Below are positions 30,071-40,260 of a stretch of DNA of 64,000 bases, one piece after another; position 1 is the first letter of the stretch, and each line of letters opens with the position of its first letter. The DNA lies in the IMG/VR virus record IMGVR_UViG_3300032312_000788, positions 74,986-138,985 of that record. One strand, written 5' to 3'. The translations under genes were made by a program, and so were the position numbers. The DNA comes from a virus. Its lineage: Duplodnaviria > Heunggongvirae > Uroviricota > Caudoviricetes. Below the pieces are notes generated by a model. That model searched no databases and had not been told where the DNA came from. It saw nothing but the letters and a program-made list of their open reading frames with translations.

Positions 30071-30722
30071 GATACTAAAATACAAATACGAAAATCGTAA
30101 CGATCATTTTTGGTCTACGGATTTTCATAATTATCATGATCCAAGTTGGCCAGTTCCTATTTGGAAAATGAGGGGTTACAACTCACCCGAAGAATCTTAT
30201 AATGATGTTAGAGAGAAGATCAATGCTAAGGTTGGAGAGAATCAAATCTTATGGATTCTTGGAGATAGCTTTCTGTCGGCTACCGATGGAGAAGTGATTG
30301 GTTGGTTGAATAGCATCAAGTGTCAAAATATCATGATGCTTTTCGGTAATCACGAATCACAGATGTATCGTCTCTATAAACAGGAAATGTTCAAACAATT
30401 CGGAACGGATGATATTGAAATCTATCCTCTTCGAATGGGTAATGTGGTATTTCTCGGTAATCATCAAGAAATCTGGATTGGTAAACAGCAGATTATCATG
30501 AATCATTTTCCTTTAAGGATCTGGCATGGGGATGCTAGAAGCTCATGGATGTTGTCTGGTCACTCTCATTTGCAAGATAAAGGACGTAGACCAGAATCAG
30601 CAGATCAAAAAGGATTAGATCTTGGTTGGGATTATAAAAATGATGTGTGGACTTACTCAGAGATTGAGGATGTGATGTCTACAAAATCGATACGCATTTT
30701 GGATCATAATAGGACACACTAA
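30063..30722 (+). CDS. calcineurin-like metallophosphoesterase
   Basis: ILGDSF, LFGNHE, SGHSH motifs. Confidence 0.55.
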   Translation: MYKILKYKYENRNDHFWSTDFHNYHDPSWPVPIWKMRGYNSPEESYNDVREKINAKVGENQILWILGDSFLSATDGEVIGWLNSIKCQNIMMLFGNHESQMYRLYKQEMFKQFGTDDIEIYPLRMGNVVFLGNHQEIWIGKQQIIMNHFPLRIWHGDARSSWMLSGHSHLQDKGRRPESADQKGLDLGWDYKNDVWTYSEIEDVMSTKSIRILDHNRTH

Positions 30723-31467
30723 TGCTTCAAGAAGATTACGATCAGAGATATAAAGAACTACTGAAGAAGAAGATTAATATCGAAAAAGATATTGACTCCT
30801 TTGAGTTAGTTTACCCCCCGAGAGATTATACAAAAGAAATAAAAGATCTAATTGAAGAAATTGAAGATCTACAGGATGAGATAGCTATTGATGAATTTTT
30901 AGAATCCCCACTAAAATCATTTTGGGTTATTGACTCCACCGGAAGGCGTGTTAAAATCAGGTCTTCTGAGAATTTATGAAAGAAGTAGCGGAAAAAGCGG
31001 AAATGTTGTTCAATAAAATTGATAAACATGTGGATGAAGTGAATAAAGCAAAAGACCAAAACCCGGATCAGTTGGTCTTAGATAAGCTATTGAAAGAAAA
31101 TCATAAACTGAAACGAAAATTATCTGATTTAGATGATATAGTTGCTGTTGAAGATTTTCTTGAAAATGGTCCGGGAAGAACAAGAGACGTAGAATTATGA
31201 AAAGACAAACAATAAAGACAAACAATACAATGAAAAGAAGCAACCGTAAGGATAAGGTTTGGATGCGAAATCCAGATCAACTCAAGACACGTAAACTGTA
31301 TAATATTACAGTGGAACGAAACCCAGACTCAAGTTTTCGATTGGTTGGTGGTATGAATAGAGTTCTAATCCGCAAAAATCAACATTTGGCTGAGTGGGTT
31401 AATGTAGATACTCGTGATCTATGCACTGAACTTAGGAATTCTAAGTTTCATAGTTTCTAAATTTGGT

Positions 31468-31507
31468 AGGGATGGGTTTATAATGAATAAACCCATCCCT
31501 CTTTTCC
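31468..31507 (+). terminator. rho-independent terminator
   Basis: perfect 13-bp stem (agggatgggttta / taaacccatccct), 7-nt loop, then CTTTTCC. Confidence 0.7.
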
Positions 31508-31511
31508 ATCC

Positions 31512-31841
31512 ATGAAAAACTTTGATATTTTAAATGTTAAGAAATCTCATTTTGTTGATGGGTGGGCTAACTTTGATGCTGTTGATTATTATCATTTAAG
31601 TGAATCGTGTGGAGAAGGATGTAACCTTCAACTAGAACCAAATACCAGTAAAATAACAGTGATGTTGTATGAACATCCTGAATTAATGTGCTTCGGTAAA
31701 GTATCAGAAAACGGTGAGATTGTTCTTCAAGGTATAACAGGATTTCCTAATGATAATGTGTGTGTGAAGTATTTAAGAGATATATCCGAAACAGCGAAGA
31801 AGAGAAAAATAACAAGTAATTACGCTTACATAGAATTTTAA
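31512..31841 (+). CDS. hypothetical protein
   Basis: 109 aa. Confidence 0.35.
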   Translation: MKNFDILNVKKSHFVDGWANFDAVDYYHLSESCGEGCNLQLEPNTSKITVMLYEHPELMCFGKVSENGEIVLQGITGFPNDNVCVKYLRDISETAKKRKITSNYAYIEF

Positions 31842-31866
31842 TAAAACACTAGCATACACTACAAAT

Positions 31867-32781
31867 ATGAAACAACACATCAACTGGCAACCCGTTACAA
31901 ATACACCATACATTCTTAACTTGGATCAAGGATTTAAGCCACACAATTCGGTTGCTGAATTGGTGTATAAAACATTTGAATTTAAAGGTGGAGAACCACA
32001 CTTTCAAATCACTACCGATATCGAATACTTTGGTGATCTGATTATCACTCAACGATATAACAAGATCGATGATCTATTTAAAATCATTCTAGCTAATGAT
32101 GCCGCTCGACGTATGGGCTTTAAGAATATTAGCTTGGTTCTACCATATTTTCCTGCTGCTCGTCAAGATCGAGTTTGTAATGTGGGTGAACCCTTGACGA
32201 TTAAGGTATTCGCTGATATGATTAATGGGTGTGGTTTCGATAATGTTACCATTCTATGTCCTCATAGTGAAGTGACACCAGCACTCATCAATAATGTTGT
32301 GGTTCTTGACGAACTAAAATATGTTGATCGGGTCGTTAAGTCTACCCTAGATGGTCATCAATACAATATTGTATGTCCTGACGCTGGCGCGGGTAAGAGA
32401 GTTCAGAAGATTGTTCAGTATCTTTCAAATAACAATGGATACGTTCATTTTAATCTCATTCGTTGTGAGAAGGTTCGTGATGTTAAAAATGGAAGTATTA
32501 AAGAATTTTTTGTCGATGCTGATGATTTAAAGGGATACTCTACTCTAATTGTGGATGACATTAATTCGATGGGTGGGACGTTTTTGGGTCTTGGTGAAAA
32601 GCTTAGAGAGAAGAATTGTGGTAAGCTTATGTTGTTCACCACACACTCGGATTGTGTGGAGGGTATTCAGAGAATTGTTGAATATTTTGATCACTTTTAC
32701 ACAACAAATTCTAAGAGAAATTATGACGATTACACCTATACAATCAGTAATCGTTTCACCTGCTTAAAGATTGAATTATGA
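31867..32781 (+). CDS. ribose-phosphate pyrophosphokinase (PRPP synthetase)-like
   Basis: LVLPYFPAARQDRV (Prs PYFGYARQDR) and LIVDDINSMGGT (PRPP-binding loop). Confidence 0.7.
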   Translation: MKQHINWQPVTNTPYILNLDQGFKPHNSVAELVYKTFEFKGGEPHFQITTDIEYFGDLIITQRYNKIDDLFKIILANDAARRMGFKNISLVLPYFPAARQDRVCNVGEPLTIKVFADMINGCGFDNVTILCPHSEVTPALINNVVVLDELKYVDRVVKSTLDGHQYNIVCPDAGAGKRVQKIVQYLSNNNGYVHFNLIRCEKVRDVKNGSIKEFFVDADDLKGYSTLIVDDINSMGGTFLGLGEKLREKNCGKLMLFTTHSDCVEGIQRIVEYFDHFYTTNSKRNYDDYTYTISNRFTCLKIEL

Positions 32782-33092
32782 AATGGGAAATGGGTAGACA
32801 AGATGCGACTTCTTCTTTATTGAAGAAGAAGATTTGGAGTAAGTGGAATACTGATTGTTATTTGTTGAAATTTCGAGCGGGATCAGAAATAGGAGAACAC
32901 CTAGACCCAGTAGAAGGTAAACGTCATTACAGATTCAATTTAACCTTATGGGGAAAATGGAACCTTTTTAAAGGTATCTATGGTAATATACAAGAGGCTG
33001 GAGATTTTCATTTTTTCAGACCAGATAAAGAAAGACATAGTGCTAATATCATTGAAGACACGATGGTATTGAGTATCGGAATAGCTATTTAG
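32778..33092 (+). CDS. small cupin / 2OG-Fe(II)-oxygenase-like protein
   Basis: HLDPVEGKRH (HxD..H) triad only; 104 aa. Confidence 0.3.
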   Translation: MKWEMGRQDATSSLLKKKIWSKWNTDCYLLKFRAGSEIGEHLDPVEGKRHYRFNLTLWGKWNLFKGIYGNIQEAGDFHFFRPDKERHSANIIEDTMVLSIGIAI

Positions 33093-33095
33093 ATT

Positions 33096-33629
33096 ATGAA
33101 ATTATATAAATCACACATTTTAGGTGCAACAATGGATCTAACCCAAAAACGTATTTATTTTTGGGGTGGAATTTTTAGTCAATGGGCCAAAGCTGATTTT
33201 GTTTGGATTTCTCCAGAGAATTACAACTATGTTTTCAATTGCGCAGAGCAAGCAATGATGTATAGAAAGGCTTTACTCTTTAAAGATTACGAAGCTGCTG
33301 AACGTGTCCTCTTATGTAAAAATCCAAGAGCTCAGAAAGCAATTGGTAGAACTATCAAGGGTTATAATGATGAGGAGTGGAATAAGGTTAAATTTGATAT
33401 TGTTGTCGAAAATAATATTCTAAAATTCTCACAAAATCCAGCTTGGAAAGAACTCCTAATCTATACTGATGGATATGAACTCGTAGAAGCTTCACCTTAC
33501 GATAAAATTTGGGGAATCGGTCTTGGAGAAGATAATCCAGATACCTTAGATAAGAGTAAATGGCAAGGTGAGAATCTATTGGGTAAAGCTATTGTCGAAG
33601 CTAGAGAAGAAATTATTAAGAATCTGTAA
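33096..33629 (+). CDS. NADAR (YbiA-like) domain protein
   Basis: size and DKIWGIGLG motif typical of NADAR/YbiA family. Confidence 0.5.
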   Translation: MKLYKSHILGATMDLTQKRIYFWGGIFSQWAKADFVWISPENYNYVFNCAEQAMMYRKALLFKDYEAAERVLLCKNPRAQKAIGRTIKGYNDEEWNKVKFDIVVENNILKFSQNPAWKELLIYTDGYELVEASPYDKIWGIGLGEDNPDTLDKSKWQGENLLGKAIVEAREEIIKNL

Positions 33630-33655
33630 TAAAACACTAAGATACAATCAAATAT

Positions 33656-34900
33656 ATGAAAAAAACAATAATGAAACTAATCGGAGTAATGACACTATTC
33701 GGTGCTGGTTATTTTATGATCGATGCTTGGCAGGGATCAGGGCTATCAACTGTTGTAGCTAATCAAATGGCTATCGATAATGTGAATGGTGGAAATACTG
33801 AATTCGTGACAATACATACCAATCTATTCCTTCTGCAATATGCGTCATTCATTTGGACACTAATTATGCTGGCTGTGGGAAGCGTTGTTCTACGTAAAGA
33901 TGTGAAGTCAATCTTTACACCCAAGGTTATGCCTTTGCTTATGGTTTGTTTGATTCCTTTTATGGGATCATGTAAACCGTATCAAAAACCTGTTTATAAG
34001 GAAATCAAAAACAATGAAACAGCGTTCGTGATTCCTCTAGAGGGTGATACAGGAAACCAAGCTAAGTTTGATTCTAAAGAAGCTCTAGAAAAGCATAAGG
34101 TGGCAATTAAACGTATTGAAATTCCTACTCGATGGGATCAACAAGGACGAGGAACTGGTAATGGTGTATATATTCCTACTGTAACAGTTATTGTGGTGGA
34201 TCGTTCTCCTGTCACTCGAAACTGGGAAGCGGGTGATAAAGGAAAGGATCAAGCGATCTGGGTAGAATCATCTGATAGTGTAGGATTTTCTATGGGATTC
34301 AACTGCACAGCATTCATTAAAGAAGAAGATACGGCAAATTTCCTATATTGGTATAGTTCTGGAAGTCTAGCAAGTCTTATGGATACAGAAGTCCGTGGTC
34401 GAGTTCAACAAATCGCTGCCGAGGAGAGTGCGAAATATCCACTAGATGAATTACGCGACAAGAAGAATGAGATTGCTGCATCAGTTCGTGCTGATATTAT
34501 TCCGTTCTTTGCTCAGAGAGGTATTACAATCACAACTGTAGGTATGTTTGGAGGTATGACATACGAAAACCCTAGCATTCAAGCTGCTATTGATAATGTG
34601 TTTGTGGCACAACAAGAGAAAAATGTTGCTCTAGCAAAGTATGATGCTCAAAAGAAGGAAAATGAACGTATTATTCTTGCATCACAAGGAACTGCTGAAC
34701 AACGTAAGATTGAATCAGAAGCAGAAGCTAAGGCTATCACTGCATTGACCCAAGCTGTTGCTCAAGGTGGTGAGAATTATCTACAACTTAAGTCTCTAGA
34801 AGTTCAACTGAAACAAACAGAAAAATGGAATGGTCAACTTCCTACTGTATCAAGTGGTGTAACACCATTGATCGATGCTGGAAGATTCCTAAGTAAATAA
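33656..34900 (+). CDS. SPFH (band-7/stomatin/HflKC-like) membrane protein
   Basis: N-terminal TM segments; C-terminal Ala/Glu-rich coiled coil (QQEKNVALAKYDAQKKENERI..ESEAEAKAITALT). Confidence 0.5.
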   Translation: MKKTIMKLIGVMTLFGAGYFMIDAWQGSGLSTVVANQMAIDNVNGGNTEFVTIHTNLFLLQYASFIWTLIMLAVGSVVLRKDVKSIFTPKVMPLLMVCLIPFMGSCKPYQKPVYKEIKNNETAFVIPLEGDTGNQAKFDSKEALEKHKVAIKRIEIPTRWDQQGRGTGNGVYIPTVTVIVVDRSPVTRNWEAGDKGKDQAIWVESSDSVGFSMGFNCTAFIKEEDTANFLYWYSSGSLASLMDTEVRGRVQQIAAEESAKYPLDELRDKKNEIAASVRADIIPFFAQRGITITTVGMFGGMTYENPSIQAAIDNVFVAQQEKNVALAKYDAQKKENERIILASQGTAEQRKIESEAEAKAITALTQAVAQGGENYLQLKSLEVQLKQTEKWNGQLPTVSSGVTPLIDAGRFLSK

Positions 34901-35184
34901 CCCGGATTGGGTGATATGAAATATTGTCACCCAATTCTCATTGATTAAACACTAAAATATTATATTGTCATGGAAACGATGAGAACTCCCGATGGGGAAT
35001 ATAAACCTATATTCCAAGCATTAAATGAGTGGTATGCTTTATTTGAGCCTATGGAATCTTTGGGGTTTGTTGTCCACGCTTATGATCCCGGTGTATCATT
35101 TCATTCGAAAGAATGCAAAGGTAATCTCTCAACATTTTGTATTTCAGTATCAGATTTGAAAATTATCAACGAAGCCATAAAACG

Positions 35185-35583
35185 ATGAGAGAAATTAAGT
35201 TCAGAGTTTGGGATCTGGAAATGAAGAGTTTCTATTCGCCAAATGTTCACTATCTATCTAAACATGATAGTATAGTGGAAATTATTTTGGATAGTAGTGT
35301 TAAGAAAATATCCGGTGAAAATAGATTTATAATTCGACAATACACTGGACTAAAAGATAAAAAAGGTAAAGATATCTATGAAGGCGACATATGTGATGCA
35401 GGAATGGTAATCGGGCCTGTTGAATTCATTATTGGGGGTTTTTCTCTAGCATCGAATCCTCTTATAGAATTTTTGCCTAAAAATATTTGTGTCTTTAGCC
35501 CTGATTTCGATCCATCATGGATTGATGTTACGGTTATAGGTAATATTTACGAAAACCCTGAACTATTAAACACTACCGAATAA
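35185..35583 (+). CDS. YopX-family protein
   Basis: MREIKFRVWD..GKDIYEGDI; start trimmed to internal Met of ORF 35137..35583. Confidence 0.5.
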   Translation: MREIKFRVWDLEMKSFYSPNVHYLSKHDSIVEIILDSSVKKISGENRFIIRQYTGLKDKKGKDIYEGDICDAGMVIGPVEFIIGGFSLASNPLIEFLPKNICVFSPDFDPSWIDVTVIGNIYENPELLNTTE

Positions 35584-35590
35584 TACTGAC

Positions 35591-36058
35591 ATGAATTTAT
35601 TCTATCTCGACAACGATCCCGACACCAATGCACGATACCACGTTGACAAACATTGTTCAAAGATGATCCTCGAAGGTATGCAGCTAATTTGCACAACCTT
35701 CAATCTTCAAAATATTGCATCACCTTACAAGACTACTCATATCAATCATCCGACTTGTATCTTCACCAGAACATCCAAGAATAATTTTGATTTAGTTGTT
35801 GACTATGTATATGCTTTGTCTAAAGAATTTACATATCGATATGACAATGTTCATAAGAGTTCATTGCTTCTTAAGTGGGTTTGGGAGAATGAGAGTAGAC
35901 TCAGTTTCCCTAAACAAGAATCTACAAGTATCGCTCTAGCTATGCCTGACGAATACAAAACATCTGACCCCGTTCAATCGTATCGTAATTATTACAATGG
36001 TGCAAAAACTCACATTTTTAAATGGACAAACCGAGAAAAACCAGACTGGATTTTATAA
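35591..36058 (+). CDS. hypothetical protein
   Basis: 155 aa. Confidence 0.4.
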   Translation: MNLFYLDNDPDTNARYHVDKHCSKMILEGMQLICTTFNLQNIASPYKTTHINHPTCIFTRTSKNNFDLVVDYVYALSKEFTYRYDNVHKSSLLLKWVWENESRLSFPKQESTSIALAMPDEYKTSDPVQSYRNYYNGAKTHIFKWTNREKPDWIL

Positions 36059-36066
36059 ATAACAAT

Positions 36067-36315
36067 ATGAAGATACTATTAGCACTAATGATGATTAGCT
36101 TGGCTCAAGCTCAATCTTATATCACCTCAACAGTCGGATTTGACGGTTCAAAATACCATTACGAATATATCGTAGATGCATCGATTGATAAGAGGGACAT
36201 TGACACAAATACAAATGGAGACTTTAATCCCTTAGATAAGGCTATAGAGATGCCTATTTGGATACCGTTTTACCCAATAGTTAGTCCACCTTTAGTAACA
36301 GATGCCAATCCGTGA
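36067..36315 (+). CDS. small secreted protein
   Basis: signal peptide MKILLALMMISLAQAQ. Confidence 0.35.
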   Translation: MKILLALMMISLAQAQSYITSTVGFDGSKYHYEYIVDASIDKRDIDTNTNGDFNPLDKAIEMPIWIPFYPIVSPPLVTDANP

Positions 36316-36341
36316 TACTTAGTTATTAAACACTAGCGTAT

Positions 36342-36363
36342 ACTACTTTCATATGAAAGTAGT
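36342..36363. repeat. 22-bp perfect palindrome ACTACTTTCATATGAAAGTAGT
   Basis: seen directly; abuts the start motif and contains an ATG. Confidence 0.8.
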
Positions 36364-36435
36364 AAGAAAAATTAAATATGCCGTTTATGGTGTATGGTAT
36401 GTCTTTAAGGAATCAATTTTATTCTTCTTTAGAAA

Positions 36436-36738
36436 ATGAGTGATTACTGGACTGAAAATGGTCTAATTAAACCTGATCCTTGGATTGTTTGTGCTGCAAA
36501 CAAAAACAAAAAAACTGGTAGAATTATATGTGGACCTAGACATTGGGATGATGTAATGCGTTCTCAGAGATTGGAATCAGAAAGATTTCGAGATTTTGAT
36601 CAGGGTTTTATAACTCAACTAAGAGAATGGGTTTCTCGTGAAGAAGCTTATATCATCGCAGAGAAAAATGGACAGATAAGATTTCCTGATCATGGGTCTT
36701 ATGATAAGAAAACTTTATTCAGTGAGATGTTGTATTGA
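36436..36738 (+). CDS. hypothetical protein
   Basis: 100 aa. Confidence 0.35.
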   Translation: MSDYWTENGLIKPDPWIVCAANKNKKTGRIICGPRHWDDVMRSQRLESERFRDFDQGFITQLREWVSREEAYIIAEKNGQIRFPDHGSYDKKTLFSEMLY

Positions 36739-36935
36739 GTCATGAATATCAAAAATATCAGAAAAGAGGTAATCTATCACCTTACGATAGATGATATGGA
36801 AGTCCATAGATATGATGAAGATCATTGGACATATACAATATTTTACGATATACATTCTGAGGAAATGAGTATCGATGATCCCCTAAGAAGCGAATTAGAG
36901 AAATTATTTCAAGAACATAAAGACTTAATCGACTA

Positions 36936-36966
36936 ATAAAACACTAAGATATAATTACATCACAAT
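36936..36966 (+). promoter_or_regulatory. conserved gene-start motif
   Basis: ATAAAACACTAAGATATAATTACATCACAAT then ATG 36967. Confidence 0.5.
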
Positions 36967-38832
36967 ATGAAACTTCAATTCAAAAATTCACCAACTATTG
37001 CATCTGGAGATATGTCAGTATCTAAGATGGGAGTAGCTGAAGGTAATGCCGATATGCTCGCATATTTCTTGCGTGACAGAACATATACTAACAAGGTTCT
37101 TGCTTGTATTCGTGAAACTATCACCAATGCTCAAGATGAACACAATGAACATCACATTGATAAAGCTGTCGAAATTAAGTTGGGGATGATCAATAATCAA
37201 TATGTGTGGAGTGTGAGAGACTTTGCTAAAGGTTTGAGTGAAGAATCCATCAGAACAGTTTATGGTATGTATGGTGGAAGTGATAAGCGTGAGAACAATA
37301 AACAAGTCGGTGGATTTGGTATCGGTGCTCTTAGTCCTTTCGCTGTATCTGATACCTTTTACGTAACCTCTTATCATGAAGGATTAAAAACTCAATACGC
37401 TTGTATTCTCGGTGCTGGTGACAATGGTGTATCTGTGGGAGAAATCTATCGTGTATCAGATCCAGAACCGACAACAGAATCGGGTTTGGAGGTATCACTA
37501 GATGTAAACAAAAACTACTACAATTTCTCTACAGAATCAGCATTTTTTGTGGAACGCTTTCTACCGAATGCAAATATTAAATTTACAGATCAATATGATA
37601 ATGAACATACTCCTATTCAACCTCTCCTAACTAAGGATATCGGGGACTATACCATCAACTTATACCAAAGCACATTTTGGACACATCCTGATTATGTAGC
37701 CATTCGTATGGGTGGGATTGTTTACAATATGCGATCCGATATCAAGGTCGTGAACCCTCTGGGTAAGATCGTGGTGGATGTTCCAATTGGTAAGTTGACT
37801 GTCCCAATTTCTCGTGAAAGTATTGAAGATACTCCAAACAATAAAAAAGTTCTGGAGGAAATTACTGCTGCTATAATCCAACTTAGTGATGAAGATCGAT
37901 CCAAGATTGTTACCCCAAAATTTGGGGAAGCGATTTTAGAAAATAAGCATAATTCATACTATGAAGGTGAGTGGTTCAGATACTCATTCTCTAATACTTT
38001 CCCAGATACTTATAAAATTCAAAAATGTCTAAACTATATCCACACTGGATATGGTCATAATAAAACGACAGGTAAGTATGTGGTATATCAGATTCCAGAT
38101 ATCAAGTCATACAAAGGTTGGGTGAAGCGTCTTGATCAATATATTGCTGGGTTGTTTCCAAATACACAAATTGTTTGGATGCTTAATAAAGGTGATATTG
38201 TATCAACTGATACCTTGGATGTTTCTGATGTAACATTTGTAGACGTTAAGAAACTTGGTTTACCTAAACTAGCCAAAGATCCTAATGAGGTTAGGTATGT
38301 TGTGTATTTCAATGGTTACAAGAGAAATTTCACTGCTGAAGAATTGGATGAACATGTAACTGATAAGTCTTTCAACGGTGTTGAAATCGTAGATGGATGG
38401 GAAAAATCTATTGATAGTATCTCATACCTTAGACAACGCGTTATTGGATTGACTTCTGAGTGTGGTGTTAATAATCCTTATTGGGTTTGTAACTCTAAGA
38501 AGATGAAAGAACAACTTCTTGAATTGGGTTGGTTTGAACTAAATTCTCCAGAATATACAAAACGCTGCGCTGAGATCAATGTCATTGAGCAAGCCAAAAG
38601 AGATATGGAGAATGCCGAATATCGTGTTAAAAGTGCGATGTTTAGAATCCATCCATCTCAAAGACTGATCAAGGTCATTGGTAAAAATCCATCGAAGTTG
38701 ACTAGATTGGATGTAGTCAAGAGTAAGATTTTGAAGGAAAATTCTTTCCGAGGTAGGGTTTTGTCTAGTATTGAAACATACAACACAAAAATTACACGAG
38801 AAGATCTGCGTAAAATCCTTACAACAAAATAA
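36967..38832 (+). CDS. GHKL-family ATPase (Hsp90/MutL/MORC-like)
   Basis: ETITNAQDE (N box), VRDFAKG (G1), GGFGIGALS (G2). Confidence 0.5.
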   Translation: MKLQFKNSPTIASGDMSVSKMGVAEGNADMLAYFLRDRTYTNKVLACIRETITNAQDEHNEHHIDKAVEIKLGMINNQYVWSVRDFAKGLSEESIRTVYGMYGGSDKRENNKQVGGFGIGALSPFAVSDTFYVTSYHEGLKTQYACILGAGDNGVSVGEIYRVSDPEPTTESGLEVSLDVNKNYYNFSTESAFFVERFLPNANIKFTDQYDNEHTPIQPLLTKDIGDYTINLYQSTFWTHPDYVAIRMGGIVYNMRSDIKVVNPLGKIVVDVPIGKLTVPISRESIEDTPNNKKVLEEITAAIIQLSDEDRSKIVTPKFGEAILENKHNSYYEGEWFRYSFSNTFPDTYKIQKCLNYIHTGYGHNKTTGKYVVYQIPDIKSYKGWVKRLDQYIAGLFPNTQIVWMLNKGDIVSTDTLDVSDVTFVDVKKLGLPKLAKDPNEVRYVVYFNGYKRNFTAEELDEHVTDKSFNGVEIVDGWEKSIDSISYLRQRVIGLTSECGVNNPYWVCNSKKMKEQLLELGWFELNSPEYTKRCAEINVIEQAKRDMENAEYRVKSAMFRIHPSQRLIKVIGKNPSKLTRLDVVKSKILKENSFRGRVLSSIETYNTKITREDLRKILTTK

Positions 38833-38934
38833 TTTTGGGAATGATGAGAAGCATGGTGACTTCCAAGCCTGATCGGGTTAGCAATTGGTTTGAATCCAAT
38901 ATCATTATGGGAGGACGCTCCCACCCAATTCAAT

Positions 38935-38962
38935 TTATAAAACACTAGAATATAATAACAAT
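38935..38962 (+). promoter_or_regulatory. conserved gene-start motif
   Basis: TTATAAAACACTAGAATATAATAACAAT then ATG 38963. Confidence 0.5.
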
Positions 38963-39205
38963 ATGAAGCAAGTCAAATCATACGAAACTAAGGACGGTAA
39001 ACTATTTATGGATCGTCTACAAGCTGAACAACATGAACTGATGCTTAATATCAGAGGATTTCTACAATCATCTGGTAAAGGTCAAGGTTCTCTATCCGCT
39101 ACTGATGTAGCGACATTCCTTATGATGAACCAAGATCCACTTTATGATATTCTTGGTAAGTATCGTAGGACTGTTGGTGGAATTAAATCAAATATGAACC
39201 GTTGA
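38963..39205 (+). CDS. hypothetical protein
   Basis: 80 aa. Confidence 0.3.
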   Translation: MKQVKSYETKDGKLFMDRLQAEQHELMLNIRGFLQSSGKGQGSLSATDVATFLMMNQDPLYDILGKYRRTVGGIKSNMNR

Positions 39206-39240
39206 CATTATAAAACACTAAGATATTCTAAACATAGATT

Positions 39241-40239
39241 ATGAAATACGCAATTAACACAGAAGCAATTATTCTTTTTATTAACGGAAAGAATATCCGC
39301 GTTGAGAAGACTGATCAACGATATCCAAAAATTATCAAAGTCTTTCAACTACCAAAAGATGAGCAAGAAGCAGAAGTTGAAGCTATCCTTAATAAGGTCG
39401 TCAAGGCTGATAAGGTTATCGAAGAAACTGAAGGATTTGATATCCAAGGTGAAGAAATCTTCTATAAGGGCGAGAAGCTTCCTAAAGCTTTCTCAGATAA
39501 GGTTTTGTCTATCATCGCTGATGGACTCCCATTGGAACACTTTGAGAAGTTCTGGGCTAACCTAGAGCAAAATCCAAGTGCTCAGAGTGTGAAGGAATTG
39601 ACAGAATTCCTAGACTATAAGGAACTACCTCTCACAGAAGATGGTTGCTTCCTTGCCTATAAGGGTGTCAATTATAACTATTTTTCGTCACATGGAAATT
39701 TGAATACTAAGGTCATTCAGGGTGAAGTTAATTCTGATGGACAAATTTATAATGGAGTAGGATCTGTTATTGAAGTTCGTCGTCGTGATGTTGATGATAA
39801 TCGTGAAAAACATTGTTCATTCGGTCTTCATGCTGGATCATTGGACTACGCAAGGGGATTTGCGTCTCGTATGGTAGTTGTTAAGATCAACCCCGCTGAT
39901 GTTGTATCAGTTCCATCTGATTGTAATTGTCAAAAGGTCCGTGTGTGTAAATATGAAGTTATGTCAGACTTTGTAGAAGAAATTACAGCACCCGTTGTTG
40001 ATGAGGATGGAGAAAATACAATTGTTCCCGATCTTGTTAAGGAATTGGATGCCTTTGTAGCGAAGGTTGATAATTATCTCACTAAGAAGAGGGATGAAGG
40101 TTACACAGAAGTAACTATTCGACAAATCCAAAATATTTTCTCTCCTAATTGGGCGACCAAGGAACAAGTATTGAATGCTCTTCAACAACTTGGAGAATAT
40201 TGGACGACTACTGATGGACTTACAACTGTTCATCTGTGA
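39241..40239 (+). CDS. hypothetical protein
   Basis: 332 aa. Confidence 0.4.
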   Translation: MKYAINTEAIILFINGKNIRVEKTDQRYPKIIKVFQLPKDEQEAEVEAILNKVVKADKVIEETEGFDIQGEEIFYKGEKLPKAFSDKVLSIIADGLPLEHFEKFWANLEQNPSAQSVKELTEFLDYKELPLTEDGCFLAYKGVNYNYFSSHGNLNTKVIQGEVNSDGQIYNGVGSVIEVRRRDVDDNREKHCSFGLHAGSLDYARGFASRMVVVKINPADVVSVPSDCNCQKVRVCKYEVMSDFVEEITAPVVDEDGENTIVPDLVKELDAFVAKVDNYLTKKRDEGYTEVTIRQIQNIFSPNWATKEQVLNALQQLGEYWTTTDGLTTVHL

Positions 40240-40260
40240 ACACCAAGTTAAAATAACGAT

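Noticed and set aside
31867-32781. assignment of the Prs-like gene to the NARP1 (Adps) anti-defence system
   Set aside because: The partner nicotinamide-ADPR transferase (Nampt-like) is not in the window; kept only as a hypothesis in the findings.
35137-35184. N-terminal extension of the YopX ORF (MYFSIRFENYQRSHKT)
   Set aside because: Overlaps the preceding ORF; the YopX family conserved start MREIKFRVWD begins at 35185.
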